32,000 nucleotides of DNA, taken from assembly GCA_963662715.1 (NCBI GenBank), contig OY759724.1:810001-842000 (forward strand). The letters run 5' to 3'. Shown here piece by piece: positions 1 to 8,920 of this stretch (its first letter is position 1; every line of letters starts with the position of its first letter). The DNA comes from Candidatus Omnitrophota bacterium. GTDB lineage: Bacteria; Omnitrophota; Gorgyraeia; Zapsychrales; JANLHA01. A program made the position numbers and the translations under genes. Under the pieces are notes generated by a model, which was given only the letters and a program-made list of their open reading frames with translations, did not search any database and was not told where the DNA came from.

Positions 1-537
1 AATGCCTTTTTTCCGGAATGCCTTCACAATATAGCGGAAAGCCGCCTGATACAAATCCGGGTCATAACGGTTCTCCGGATTATCAAATTCATATCCGATC
101 CTTAAATAAACGGGACAGGCCGCTTCCTCAATCCAGTCGCCCAGCTGGTCAATATTCCGGTCATACACCCCGTCCAGAATATCGGAAAGGGTCCCGACCA
201 TATACAATCCTATCTGTAAAACTGTCCCGGGATATTTCTCCACCCAGTGCCGGGCATGCTGGACGCCGGCCCCTTTATCAGACGGACGATCCAGGCCATC
301 CACTTCCTGGATAGACGTATAAACCATGAACCCCGCCGGTACGGTTTGAAAAGTTTCGACGTAGTCTTCCATGGCCCCTTTCTGCTGACCGATAATAAGC
401 AAATGCCCTTCAGAAGGAACAAAAGCCCTGTTTTCGGCGCCAAGAGCTAAAGGGGAAAAACCGTTAAACAGACATATCCCCAGACAAAACAGTCCTGTTA
501 TGAATATTCTTAAACGATCTGGTTTCATAATTTTCAT
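1..537 (-). CDS. Secreted glycoside hydrolase family 26-like protein, N-terminal part (C-terminus lies beyond the window start)
   Basis: Missing from the ORF track because it runs off the window edge. My translation of the minus strand from the ATG at 537 stays open to position 1 (179 codons): MKIMKPDRLRIFITGLFCLGICLFNGFSPLALGAENRAF... It has a signal peptide, then ILDGVYDRNIDQLGDWIEEAACPVYLRIGYEFDNPENRY, which resembles the GH26 block G-x-YD...PV-x-LR-x-x-HE-x-N. Track ORFs 18-450 overlap it in other frames. Confidence 0.6.
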   Translation of the reverse strand, partial: MKIMKPDRLRIFITGLFCLGICLFNGFSPLALGAENRAFVPSEGHLLIIGQQKGAMEDYVETFQTVPAGFMVYTSIQEVDGLDRPSDKGAGVQHARHWVEKYPGTVLQIGLYMVGTLSDILDGVYDRNIDQLGDWIEEAACPVYLRIGYEFDNPENRYDPDLYQAAFRYIVKAFRKKGI

Positions 538-547
538 ATTATATCCG

Positions 548-1321
548 TTACCAGACACTTCTGCGGATCGTTTTCCGGCATTCAGGACAGCTAAAGACCG
601 TATCCGGATCCGGCAGGTCAGTAAAAAACATATATCCGCAATGGGGACAGGAATAACGCGTGGAAGGGCTTTGCCCGGTAAAAAAAACAAACAGGCCGTG
701 AGGGATAGAGGCTATGGCTAGGATAGAAATCAGGGTTGCGATGAGAACAAGGAATCCCCTCCACATAGAAGGGATTGTTATCGTTCCGTTCAGGATGCCG
801 CCAATGGCTGACAGGTTTCTCGTCCCGCCCAAAACTTCCGGCGGTGTCGTCCATATGACCAGACTGTAAAGGCACAATCCTACCGCCAGACCTATCAGGG
901 TTATTAAAGAATGTATTTTCAAAACATGAAAACGCCCTTGAATGATTTTCTTCGTATGAACACTGATAAGAAGCTTGCCCCCGGCCCTGGCTTTCAGAAT
1001 GAACCGGGATATCATGCTCCAGCCTATGACATCGGCCATGATCATACCCCAGGAACGAAAACCTAAAAGGGAAAAAATACGGTCCAGATCCAGAAGCATC
1101 AGAATCCTGGAAAAGGGGCGGAAAAGCCACAGCGATAACTTTAAAAGAAAATAAGAGATAAGATACGGGGATACGTGGTCAGGAAGATAATAAGCCGGGA
1201 CGCCCTCCGGCCGCAGAGTATCGACCAGGAAACCCATGCCCCGCAGCATGAGTTCTGTAACAAAATAAATAAGACACCCGAAGATAAGGCTTTTCTTTAA
1301 TAAAGTCCTGTCGAACGACAC
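548..1321 (-). CDS. Multi-pass membrane protein with C-terminal CxxC...CxxC zinc ribbon, function unknown
   Basis: 257-aa ORF with several hydrophobic helices. The C-terminus reads YSCPHCGYMFFTDLPDPDTVFSCPECRK (two CxxC pairs). Its stop is 11 nt upstream of the start of the GH26-like gene. Confidence 0.7.
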   Translation of the reverse strand: MSFDRTLLKKSLIFGCLIYFVTELMLRGMGFLVDTLRPEGVPAYYLPDHVSPYLISYFLLKLSLWLFRPFSRILMLLDLDRIFSLLGFRSWGMIMADVIGWSMISRFILKARAGGKLLISVHTKKIIQGRFHVLKIHSLITLIGLAVGLCLYSLVIWTTPPEVLGGTRNLSAIGGILNGTITIPSMWRGFLVLIATLISILAIASIPHGLFVFFTGQSPSTRYSCPHCGYMFFTDLPDPDTVFSCPECRKTIRRSVW

Positions 1322-1482
1322 TTTCCCTCCGGCAGCAGCAAGACTGATCTTAGAATCCGAATCAAGGATATGATATAGAACAATTTCTTATATCACACTT
1401 ACAAGAGACAACTCAAGAGAATACTTTGAAAAGAGTGTTCAGCGGATCGCTCAGCGCGCTTGCCACAAGCCGACCTCCTGCT

Positions 1483-2511
1483 CTAAAAGAAAAAGTCTTG
1501 ATAGGCCCCGTAGCCCTCCTGTTCCAAATCTTCTTTAGGGATAAATTTTAAAGCCGCCGAGTTAATACAGTATCTGCGTCCGGTGGGCTGAGGCCCGTCA
1601 TTAAAAACATGCCCGAGGTGCGAATCTGCGGCCTTACTCCTGACTTCTGTTCTGACGGAGAAGGAACTCCTGTCTTCCTCCTCTACGATATTCGCCGGAT
1701 CGAGAGGCCGGGTAAAGCTCGGCCATCCGGTTCCCGAATCAAATTTATCGCGGGAACTGAATAACGGCTCTCCGGAAACGACATCAACATAAATTCCCTC
1801 CCTCTTATTGTTCCAATACTCATTTTTAAAGGGCGGTTCCGTCCCCTCCTTTTGCGTCACCTGATACTGCAGAGGAGATAATGTTCTTTTCACAGGGGCA
1901 GCCTCCTCCCAGGCTTTTTGAAGGAACCGGTCACGTCCAGAGCCAACGCGACATAATTGATATCTTGCCTGGTGTTTTTTGTAGTAATCCTGGTGATAAT
2001 CTTCCGCCGGATAAAAATGACCGGCCGGCAGTATTTCCGTGGCGATCGGCTCTTTAAATCTTTTTGATTGAACCAGTTTGTTTTTTGAGGCCTCGGCCAG
2101 CCCCTTTTGCTTATCATTCAGATAAAAAATGACCGGCCTGTACTGCGGCCCCCGGTCAACGAACTGCCCTCCGGCATCTGTGGGGTTGATCTGCCGCCAG
2201 TAAATATCTAAAAGCTGTTCGTAACTGACTTTCCGGGGATCGTAAGTCACCTGGATAACCTCCACATGCCCTTTCTGCGCATAATCATCATACGTGGGAT
2301 TCAGGCCCTGCCCCCCGGAATATCCGGACAGGACATTGAGAACTCCGGGCGTTTTATCAAAGGGCGGTTCCATAGACCAGAAACAGCCTCCGGCAAAAAC
2401 GGCTTTTTCCGTTGCCTCTGCATGACCATTTTTGACATCTTCCCCCCAAACAACATCTTGCGTGAGCGCGATTAAAAGGATTAAAAGGGACAGCACTAAA
2501 ACAGTTCTCAT
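1483..2511 (-). CDS. msrAB: Bifunctional peptide-methionine (S)/(R)-sulfoxide reductase MsrA-MsrB with signal peptide
   Basis: N-terminal signal peptide [17 protein letters not shown]. MsrA active-site motif GGCFWS, and C-terminal MsrB motifs GTGWPSF and [17 protein letters not shown] lies 6-7 nt upstream of the ATG. Confidence 0.95.
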   Translation of the reverse strand: MRTVLVLSLLILLIALTQDVVWGEDVKNGHAEATEKAVFAGGCFWSMEPPFDKTPGVLNVLSGYSGGQGLNPTYDDYAQKGHVEVIQVTYDPRKVSYEQLLDIYWRQINPTDAGGQFVDRGPQYRPVIFYLNDKQKGLAEASKNKLVQSKRFKEPIATEILPAGHFYPAEDYHQDYYKKHQARYQLCRVGSGRDRFLQKAWEEAAPVKRTLSPLQYQVTQKEGTEPPFKNEYWNNKREGIYVDVVSGEPLFSSRDKFDSGTGWPSFTRPLDPANIVEEEDRSSFSVRTEVRSKAADSHLGHVFNDGPQPTGRRYCINSAALKFIPKEDLEQEGYGAYQDFFF

Positions 2512-2698
2512 AATTCTCCTCCTGTTAAAATTCTCTTCTTTACCCTTTTGTCATTTTTCGGTTAAAAACCTTACACTTTCCTGCATGACACAGGAAAAAC
2601 AATCGAATGCGCCGGAGCAGAAAAATGTCCTGTAATCAGAGGATTAACTTTACGACTTAACGGTAGGGTTAAAAAAGAATAAACCGGGACTTATCTGT

Positions 2699-2738
2699 GG
2701 GGCTTTGCGCGGCTCCGTATAAATATCCGCAAAGCCCC
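2699..2738 (-). terminator. GC-rich hairpin downstream of the hydrolase operon (possible terminator, no U-tract)
   Basis: ggggctttgcg (2699-2709) pairs perfectly with cgcaaagcccc (2728-2738), giving an 11-bp stem and 18-nt loop. It sits 30 nt after the stop at 2768. No T-run follows on either strand. Confidence 0.3.
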
Positions 2739-2767
2739 TTCCGGCGGATCATTGAAATGAATCATAA

Positions 2768-4057
2768 TTACTGAAGTTTGTATTTTATTAGAAATTGTCT
2801 TAACCTGTGACGATAGTCAGGTTCCACCAAAGTCGCATAATGGCCGGCGGATTCAACCCAGTAGAATTCCTTGGGGGACCGGGCTTTATCATAAAGGCTT
2901 TTCGACTCGCCCCAGGGGATCAACCGGTCGTTCTTTCCGTGAATGATGAGAACCGGCCGGTCGTGGATATGCGGGATGACCTGCTGCGGCGCATAATCCC
3001 TCAGAGGGAAGCCGCATTCCAAATCGACGAACATCAATCCCAGCCTGGCAATAGTATCTGTCAAAAACGGCGGGACAAACCTCACCAAATCAACAACCCT
3101 CTTTGCCATCGTCTCAACATCAGAAAAAGACGAGTCAACGACAAGGGCTTTGATACGAGTATCCTCCTTGGCCGCGTGAATGAGCGCTGCGCCGCCGAAA
3201 GAGACACCGTAGCCGATGATCTTATCCGGGGCCATATCCGGACGGGCCGATAAATAATGTACGGCAGCGATAATATCATATTTTTCTCTTGCCCCGAAAG
3301 TCACCGTATGCCCCTCGCTGTGGCCGTGTCCGCGGAAATCAAAAATGAGCACATTGTATCCCAGCCCATGCCACAAATCGACCAAAGGCAGAAAATTCGA
3401 TTTATTGGCCCCCAAGCCATGACCGATAACGACACTGCGGTCGCTCGTGGGACAAGCAACGAACCACGCATGCAGTCTCACCCCGTCTCTTGTCCGTAAC
3501 CAAACCTGCTCGTAGGAAAGGTTCAGCTCAGACCGCGGATCAACCTGGTCGCCTATCTTGGGACGGTGAATGCTGAATGCGGCCAGGATATACGGCAGGA
3601 TAATCAAAAACCATAAACAGACATAAATCAGGCCGGAGATAATCTTTCGTTTTTGCGGGTTCCGGAAAGGGCTGACAAGCCACGCCGCAAAAGCTTTGAT
3701 GATGCAACGGGTATAATAGATAATGATTCCGACAGCCAATAAAAAATAAGAAGCCAGAAACACCTCTTTCCAGATAATTTTCCACCGCATCGTGTAACTG
3801 AAATACCAAAAGAACGCCACGACACACACAAAATAGCCCGCGGCTTTGAAAGCATGGCGCCAGCGGAATAAATTTTTCAAAACATCTCTGCGGAACAAAA
3901 AATGGAAAAGGCCCCACACGAGGGGAAGGCTCATATAAAAAACTTCATTAGGGAAAGGAAGAATATTGTGGAAGGAAAACAAAATCCAGAGAGAGCCTGC
4001 GGAAAGAATCAAAATCCTGCCAATGTTTTCCGGACACAACAGTTTGCGTGAGCTCAT
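2768..4057 (-). CDS. Membrane-anchored alpha/beta-fold hydrolase
   Basis: About 170 aa of N-terminal TM helices, followed by HGLGANKSNF...FDFRGHGHSEG, the nucleophile elbow GYGVSFGG (GxSxG), and a late H in ESAGHY. Confidence 0.85.
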   Translation of the reverse strand: MSSRKLLCPENIGRILILSAGSLWILFSFHNILPFPNEVFYMSLPLVWGLFHFLFRRDVLKNLFRWRHAFKAAGYFVCVVAFFWYFSYTMRWKIIWKEVFLASYFLLAVGIIIYYTRCIIKAFAAWLVSPFRNPQKRKIISGLIYVCLWFLIILPYILAAFSIHRPKIGDQVDPRSELNLSYEQVWLRTRDGVRLHAWFVACPTSDRSVVIGHGLGANKSNFLPLVDLWHGLGYNVLIFDFRGHGHSEGHTVTFGAREKYDIIAAVHYLSARPDMAPDKIIGYGVSFGGAALIHAAKEDTRIKALVVDSSFSDVETMAKRVVDLVRFVPPFLTDTIARLGLMFVDLECGFPLRDYAPQQVIPHIHDRPVLIIHGKNDRLIPWGESKSLYDKARSPKEFYWVESAGHYATLVEPDYRHRLRQFLIKYKLQ

Positions 4058-4067
4058 AAAAATCCCG

Positions 4068-5105
4068 TCATTCCTTTTTGCTCATACTAAAGGTCCCGCT
4101 AAATCCGACGCTGTCTTTCCATTTTCCGAAAATAAACGTCTGCGATTTATCCATCCGGCCTTCAATGTCAATACGGACATCATTTTCACTGATAAATCCG
4201 TAGGCAAACTCGCCTGTTGAAGCCTGAAACGTATCCATTTTTTTCGGCTCGAAAACCAGCCCGCTGCCTAATGTCCCTTCTATAATCCGCCCTGTTTTAT
4301 CTACGTTCAACAAGACGTTTAAAGGGATCCCCAAAAGCATATATGTTCCGCGCCAGGCCCCCTGAAATGCTCCGCGATCATATTTCCCCTCTTTCCTATC
4401 TCTGGCGGGGAAAGACGAATACACCGTTTGGACCTTATCGGACAGCGCCAAATCTTCCGGAGTAATCATTTCCCGGTCAAGAGGCACATAACCGCCCGCG
4501 ATGTCCCGGATATCCTCTTCATAAGGACGCCATGACAAATCTCCTAACTTCACAAAACGCGCCAGGGGGATCCCCGCCCCTTCCCACGCAGCCTTGTAAA
4601 TCAACTCGGAGCAATAAATTTTCCTGTCATCCCACTCATACTGGATATCATAAGGACGGTTGAGATAGCGCTCCGCCTGGCGTACAATCCGGGGGATACG
4701 GGGCTGATAAGCTTCTTTCAACCGTACGATAGTGAATTTATCATTAACGCCCCGGCTGATCCATTCATCAATAGGAGTGAACTTAACGGGACCGATCGCC
4801 TCAAGCACAAACCATTGCTCACCTCTCTTTACGATAATGCCGCAATGGGAGTAGGGACTCTGCGTGACCGCGGCGACCATTTCCGTTAAAGGACCGGGCA
4901 AATGCTGAAAGATAAAATCACCGTGACGGATATGAATATTCTTCGTATAATCAACAACTTTGGATTTCGCGACAGTCAATGCGTAGGAACGCGGGGCTTG
5001 ATAAATAATATTGCCTATGCCCAATAACAGCACAACAAAAAGGATTTTTCTCTTTCGGGGGTGAAGGCTATGATGAGGACAATTCTGGTTTAAGGTCATA
5101 AACAT
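4068..5105 (-). CDS. YiiX/YaeF-type permuted papain-like (NlpC/P60-related, C92) hydrolase with extra C-terminal domain
   Basis: N-terminal hydrophobic anchor. SPYSHCGIIV...WFVLEA and YDIQYEWDDRKIYCSELIYKA match the permuted His...Cys arrangement of the YiiX family. About 110 extra C-terminal residues have no recognisable family. Confidence 0.65.
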   Translation of the reverse strand: MFMTLNQNCPHHSLHPRKRKILFVVLLLGIGNIIYQAPRSYALTVAKSKVVDYTKNIHIRHGDFIFQHLPGPLTEMVAAVTQSPYSHCGIIVKRGEQWFVLEAIGPVKFTPIDEWISRGVNDKFTIVRLKEAYQPRIPRIVRQAERYLNRPYDIQYEWDDRKIYCSELIYKAAWEGAGIPLARFVKLGDLSWRPYEEDIRDIAGGYVPLDREMITPEDLALSDKVQTVYSSFPARDRKEGKYDRGAFQGAWRGTYMLLGIPLNVLLNVDKTGRIIEGTLGSGLVFEPKKMDTFQASTGEFAYGFISENDVRIDIEGRMDKSQTFIFGKWKDSVGFSGTFSMSKKE

Positions 5106-5134
5106 TAACCATTCAACTATGTGGATAAAAAAAT

Positions 5135-5605
5135 TTAATCATGCGTCAGGCAAGACAACCATTTCACAAGATGTTTGGCTGTCGCCTCCTGTTCTTTTTC
5201 CGATAATTTTCCCATAAAATTTTTAAGCTTCGTGCAATAAGGCGCCCAGACCCGGTCCAGTAAAACCTCCGCCTTTTTCGTAACCCTGATCACATTGACT
5301 CTCCGGTCGCCGGGTAAGGCTGAACGCGTCACAAAACCTTCCGCCTGCAGTTTGTCAATGAGTTTCGTCATATTGGACGGCGTAACGATAAGATGTTTAC
5401 TGATCTCAACCTGGCTTACCCCATCACTGCCGCCATGAAAACGAATAGCGACCAGGATATTCAGCTTTCCCGGGGTTAAATGATACGGCTTCAAGTAGGA
5501 TGTCATTTCATTGTGACAAATATTATAAATCAAAGCGAGGCTATAAACAGCTTTTTCAAAATTTTGACTTTCTTCCAAGATGCCGTATCTCTGCAGGTCA
5601 CTCAT
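5135..5605 (-). CDS. MarR family transcriptional regulator
   Basis: Winged-helix core LTPGKLNILVAI...VSQVEISKHLIVTPSNMTKLIDKLQAEGFVTRSALPGDRRVNVIRVTKKA. AAAGGAA RBS. First gene of a same-strand trio separated by 29-nt and 10-nt gaps. Confidence 0.9.
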   Translation of the reverse strand: MSDLQRYGILEESQNFEKAVYSLALIYNICHNEMTSYLKPYHLTPGKLNILVAIRFHGGSDGVSQVEISKHLIVTPSNMTKLIDKLQAEGFVTRSALPGDRRVNVIRVTKKAEVLLDRVWAPYCTKLKNFMGKLSEKEQEATAKHLVKWLSCLTHD

Positions 5606-5628
5606 TCAGGATTCCTTTCGTTGATTAA

Positions 5629-5657
5629 AGTTTACCATTCAACCATCAACCTGTCAA
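5629..5657 (-). promoter_or_regulatory. Sigma70-like promoter for the marR operon with repeat motifs in the spacer
   Basis: The minus strand reads TTGACA (5657-5652), a 17-nt spacer, then TAAACT (5634-5629). The spacer and flank contain GTTGATGGTTGAATGG (GTTGA direct repeats) and GTTGAT...ATCAAC. Confidence 0.45.
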
Positions 5658-5703
5658 GTGGAGGACAAAAATGGCAATCTTGCAGGTTTGCCGTATCATT
5701 AAA

Positions 5704-6957
5704 CTAACCGGGCTCCGCATCACCGGACTCATCAGGAGGGTCCCCCTGAAAAATTCTGTCACAAGCCGTCTTAAAGCGCAACCAAAGCGCATCGGCCTGA
5801 TCCGAGGGAACAGCCCCTATGTTTTTCCACGCCCTCTGCATGTCTTTAACTTGTTCCCGGACCGTCGATAAATCCCGCAAAGGGAACAAACTCTCCGCCT
5901 CCTCGCAAAGGAGTTGTTTTTCCTTCAAATGGTTGAGACGCTCTTCATCTCTTGCCTTAAAATATTCATGCCTCCGCTCAAAAAAATGATCGTGGGCCCT
6001 TTTAAACCGCAGCCAAACGGCATCCGCTTCCTTTTTGGGGACAGAACCAATGTGTTTCCATGCTTCCTGGAGCTGTTTCAGCTCCTCTGCCGCCGCATGC
6101 CAGTCGTCAGATTCGGACAATTCCTCTGACCGCTCACACAAAGTTATTTTTTTTCGCAAATTATCTTCCCTTTCTTCATCAAGTTTTTTATAAAAAGCTT
6201 CTCGTCTCTGAAAAAAGGTGTCGCTTGCGGCTTTAAACCGCCGCCAGATATCTTCTGTCTTCCCCCGGGTCACAGGACCGATCTTCTTCCATTCCTCCAT
6301 CAAATGTTTTAATTCCTCAGCGGTGACCTTCCAGTCCGAGGAAAGGCCTAATTCCTCCGCTTTACGGCAAAGGTCTTCTTTTTTAAGATAATTGTCCGCT
6401 TTTTCACGATCCAGCTCGGCATAAAACAAACGCCTGTTTTCAAAGAACTCATCACAAACAGCACGAAAGCGGTCCCGCATATCACGCTTTTTGCTTTCCG
6501 GAACCGGTCCTGTTTTCTTGAACCGGGCCTGGATAGCTTTCACTTCCTCCGAAGCCGCGTGCCAATCGTCAGGATGAAGCAACTGCTCCACCCGCCGGTA
6601 TAATTCTTCCTGTTCGTCTAAGTTCCTGCTGAGCTCACGGTCTAACACGACTTTGATATCCATCAGCTTCTTTAACAGTCCGTCAAAGTCCCCAATCGCA
6701 TCAGACTCGGTTATAAAATCAAGCATCCGGTTGATCTTGTCCAAAAGCCCCGGCTTGTCTTTAGCTTCTTCAAATTGCGTCTGCAATTCCTCGTAATACT
6801 GTTCTAATTTCTCAAACCGTAATGCGTAGTAAGCTAAAACTTCCTGTGCACCTTTTCCGTCCAGCCGTCCGATTTGACGGCCCTTAAAAGCCTGGCAATC
6901 CTTTTGCCAAACCTGGCCCTGATCATCAACATACCCCCACTCTTCCGGGAAAGTCAT
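5704..6957 (-). CDS. DUF349 domain repeat protein
   Basis: Four to five repeats of the DUF349 signature DW..A.EELK.L...WK.IGPV......W.RFK.A.D.FF.RR. AAGGAGAG RBS. Confidence 0.85.
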   Translation of the reverse strand: MTFPEEWGYVDDQGQVWQKDCQAFKGRQIGRLDGKGAQEVLAYYALRFEKLEQYYEELQTQFEEAKDKPGLLDKINRMLDFITESDAIGDFDGLLKKLMDIKVVLDRELSRNLDEQEELYRRVEQLLHPDDWHAASEEVKAIQARFKKTGPVPESKKRDMRDRFRAVCDEFFENRRLFYAELDREKADNYLKKEDLCRKAEELGLSSDWKVTAEELKHLMEEWKKIGPVTRGKTEDIWRRFKAASDTFFQRREAFYKKLDEEREDNLRKKITLCERSEELSESDDWHAAAEELKQLQEAWKHIGSVPKKEADAVWLRFKRAHDHFFERRHEYFKARDEERLNHLKEKQLLCEEAESLFPLRDLSTVREQVKDMQRAWKNIGAVPSDQADALWLRFKTACDRIFQGDPPDESGDAEPG

Positions 6958-7062
6958 AACGAATATCTCTCCTTTTAGGACATAATTCTCTTACGGAACA
7001 ACTCCGGTATTTCTGCTGCGGAAGCATGCCCGAGACTCATGCCGTCATCCTGGCTTCTTGTA

Positions 7063-7314
7063 TTAAAGAAGACTGCCTCCCTGAATCAGCGCTATTTTCT
7101 GCCTTCGTGTCAAACCTTTGATCTGAGCTTCGCGGCTAAGGGCTAGCGCCCGGGAGGGGAAACGTTCATGATACAACAACTTTTTTACACCAAAAATCCT
7201 TGTGTATTTTGCTCCTTGACCTCGCGTATGTTCCGATATACGACGCTCCAGATTATTGGTTATGCCTGTATAAAGAGTTCCCTTGCCTGTCTCTAAAATA
7301 TACGCATACCACAT
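7063..7314 (-). CDS. GIY-YIG family nuclease (small stand-alone type)
   Basis: MWYAYILETGKGTLYTGITNNLERRISEH...GAKYTR...LLYHE matches the GIY...YxG...R...E core. The track ORF extends to 7371, but family members typically begin at MWY.YIL, so I use the ATG at 7314. The start is uncertain. Confidence 0.8.
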   Translation of the reverse strand: MWYAYILETGKGTLYTGITNNLERRISEHTRGQGAKYTRIFGVKKLLYHERFPSRALALSREAQIKGLTRRQKIALIQGGSLL

Positions 7315-7609
7315 ATAATTATTATAGCAAACAAACCGGTTTTCTTTCAAAGATATGGCACAGAAAATCATCCCGGGAGCAGAAAAATCCCGGCCCTTTT
7401 AAATAGAGGGGCTTACAGGATCATTTCTCATGACTTTAATAATCCAACAAACACGTCGGCAGACTACAAGCATGACCCTCGCAGAGATAGACCGCTGTTT
7501 GCCCGGCACAAAAGCGGCATGGTTCTTGATAAACGCCATGATACGCTTCCGCAAAACAAAATCTCATAAAAACAGCTATTCCAAATATTTTGGGGTTCAA
7601 AAATAATTT

Positions 7610-7639
7610 TTCGCAAATATATCCAAAATCAGGTAAAAT
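7610..7639 (+). promoter_or_regulatory. Candidate promoter of the DJ-1 family gene
   Basis: TTCGCA (7610-7615), an 18-nt spacer, then TAAAAT (7634-7639), about 37 nt before the ATG at 7676. GGAAAGGAG RBS. Confidence 0.35.
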
Positions 7640-7675
7640 ATTTCCGTCATTGATATCCAGGAAAGGAGTTGCCCT

Positions 7676-8242
7676 ATGACGAAAAAAGCCCTTATCATTC
7701 TGGCTGACGGATTTGAGGATATTGAAGCCATAACCCCCATAGATCTGTTAAAGCGCGCCGGGGTGCAGGTCACCGTCGCCGGGTTAAAAAGCCTGCAAGT
7801 GAAAGCCGCGAAATCCGGATTAACCGTCATGACGGAAACGACTCTGGAGTCCGTTCAAGATGATTTCGACGCCATCATTCTTCCCGGAGGCATGCCCGGA
7901 GCCGAAACCTTAGCTCAGTCCGAACCCGTTATTCATCTTATTCAAAACATGCATCGGCAAGGAAAGATTATCGCAGCCATCTGCGCGGCGCCGGCCCTTG
8001 TGTTAACTCAGGCAGGAATACTGGACGGAAAAAGCGCCACGTGTTTTACGGGTATGGAAAATCATTTTTCTGCTTCGACAAAATTTTCAGCGCAAGACGT
8101 TGTGCGGGATGGGAATATCATTACGAGCCGCGGGGCGGGAACAGCCTTTATTTTTGCGTTAACGATTATCGAAGCTTTGTTAGACAAAAAGGTCCGGGGG
8201 AAAATAGCCGCGACAACGATTTATCAGGAAAATCATACATAG
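7676..8242 (+). CDS. DJ-1/PfpI (YajL/ThiJ-like) family protein
   Basis: ALIILADGFEDIEAITPIDLLKRAG, LPGGMPGAETL, and the nucleophile elbow AAICAAP. Confidence 0.9.
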   Translation: MTKKALIILADGFEDIEAITPIDLLKRAGVQVTVAGLKSLQVKAAKSGLTVMTETTLESVQDDFDAIILPGGMPGAETLAQSEPVIHLIQNMHRQGKIIAAICAAPALVLTQAGILDGKSATCFTGMENHFSASTKFSAQDVVRDGNIITSRGAGTAFIFALTIIEALLDKKVRGKIAATTIYQENHT

Positions 8243-8317
8243 GAAATAAAAGAACCCGGTATAAGGATTAATCCTTATTTTAACGGACAGAACACTGCGA
8301 GGAAAGCCGCTCCCTGA

Positions 8318-8878
8318 TCATGCCTGCCAGTTCAGGACAAACTCAGCGACCTCTTTGTTGGCGGCGATAGATGTCTTAACATCAAACCGAACGTCATGCT
8401 TCCCGATCAATTGTAAAATCTTTATCCACCAGCCTTTCAGGATCAGCTCAAAAACCCGGTGTTGTTTCTCAAAGCCGGTGTAAATCAGCAAAAATTTATT
8501 CTCTTCGATCTTTTTAATCTCCGTCGAAACCCCTTGAAAGTACTGTCTGTTAATATTACCCAACTTTTCAAGGATGCTTTCCGGCGAGCCCAACCGGAGG
8601 AACGCGCGGTATATCGTATTAAACTGCTGTTCCACCCCCTTGAAAATCCGCTCCTCCACAAATGACTTTTCATTCCCCTGGCAGAATTCCCTTATTTCGG
8701 CTTTCAGGAGATTCACGTAAATATCCAAGGGATACCACTGAGTGCAAATGACAGAGCTCAAAACTTTCCGGTCGTCTTCACTGAGAGAATCCAAAACCGC
8801 CTTCACTCCGGCTTCCCCATGAGTCTGGCACCCAAGGTTCATTGACGTCATGAATGCGGAACCTTTAATCTTAACCAT
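8318..8878 (-). CDS. Hypothetical protein (weak resemblance to DUF2378 / H-NOX-like small-ligand-binding folds)
   Basis: 186-aa ORF with an AAGGGGGA RBS. N-terminal KIKGSAF... followed by W.P.D.Y..LL is reminiscent of the HNOB/DUF2378 families. This is not verifiable by eye. Confidence 0.6.
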   Translation of the reverse strand: MVKIKGSAFMTSMNLGCQTHGEAGVKAVLDSLSEDDRKVLSSVICTQWYPLDIYVNLLKAEIREFCQGNEKSFVEERIFKGVEQQFNTIYRAFLRLGSPESILEKLGNINRQYFQGVSTEIKKIEENKFLLIYTGFEKQHRVFELILKGWWIKILQLIGKHDVRFDVKTSIAANKEVAEFVLNWQA

Positions 8879-8920
8879 GTGTTCCCCCTTTTAAACAATA
8901 AATTATCCGGTCCCCGCAGT

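Noticed and set aside
18-450. Track ORFs 18-314(+), 210-443(-) and 247-450(+).
   Set aside because: All overlap the longer open frame on the minus strand (1-537), which has a signal peptide and a GH26-like motif. Their products are low-complexity with no RBS.
618-1130. 170-aa minus-strand ORF inside the zinc-ribbon membrane protein gene.
   Set aside because: It is an alternative frame of a longer ORF with coherent TM helices. Its product is Pro/Ser/Arg-rich, typical of an out-of-frame read.
2699-2738. The hairpin containing GCGCAAAGCCCC, considered as a third GEMM-I element.
   Set aside because: It lacks the GGCAAACC block and the GNRA hairpin. It is a simple 11-bp inverted repeat and reads the same on both strands.
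2807-3917. Antisense or alternative-frame ORFs (2807-3253+, 3082-3279-, 3257-3499+, 3540-3917-, 3628-3855-).
   Set aside because: They are embedded in the alpha/beta hydrolase gene, whose frame carries GxSxG and HGxG motifs. None has an RBS.
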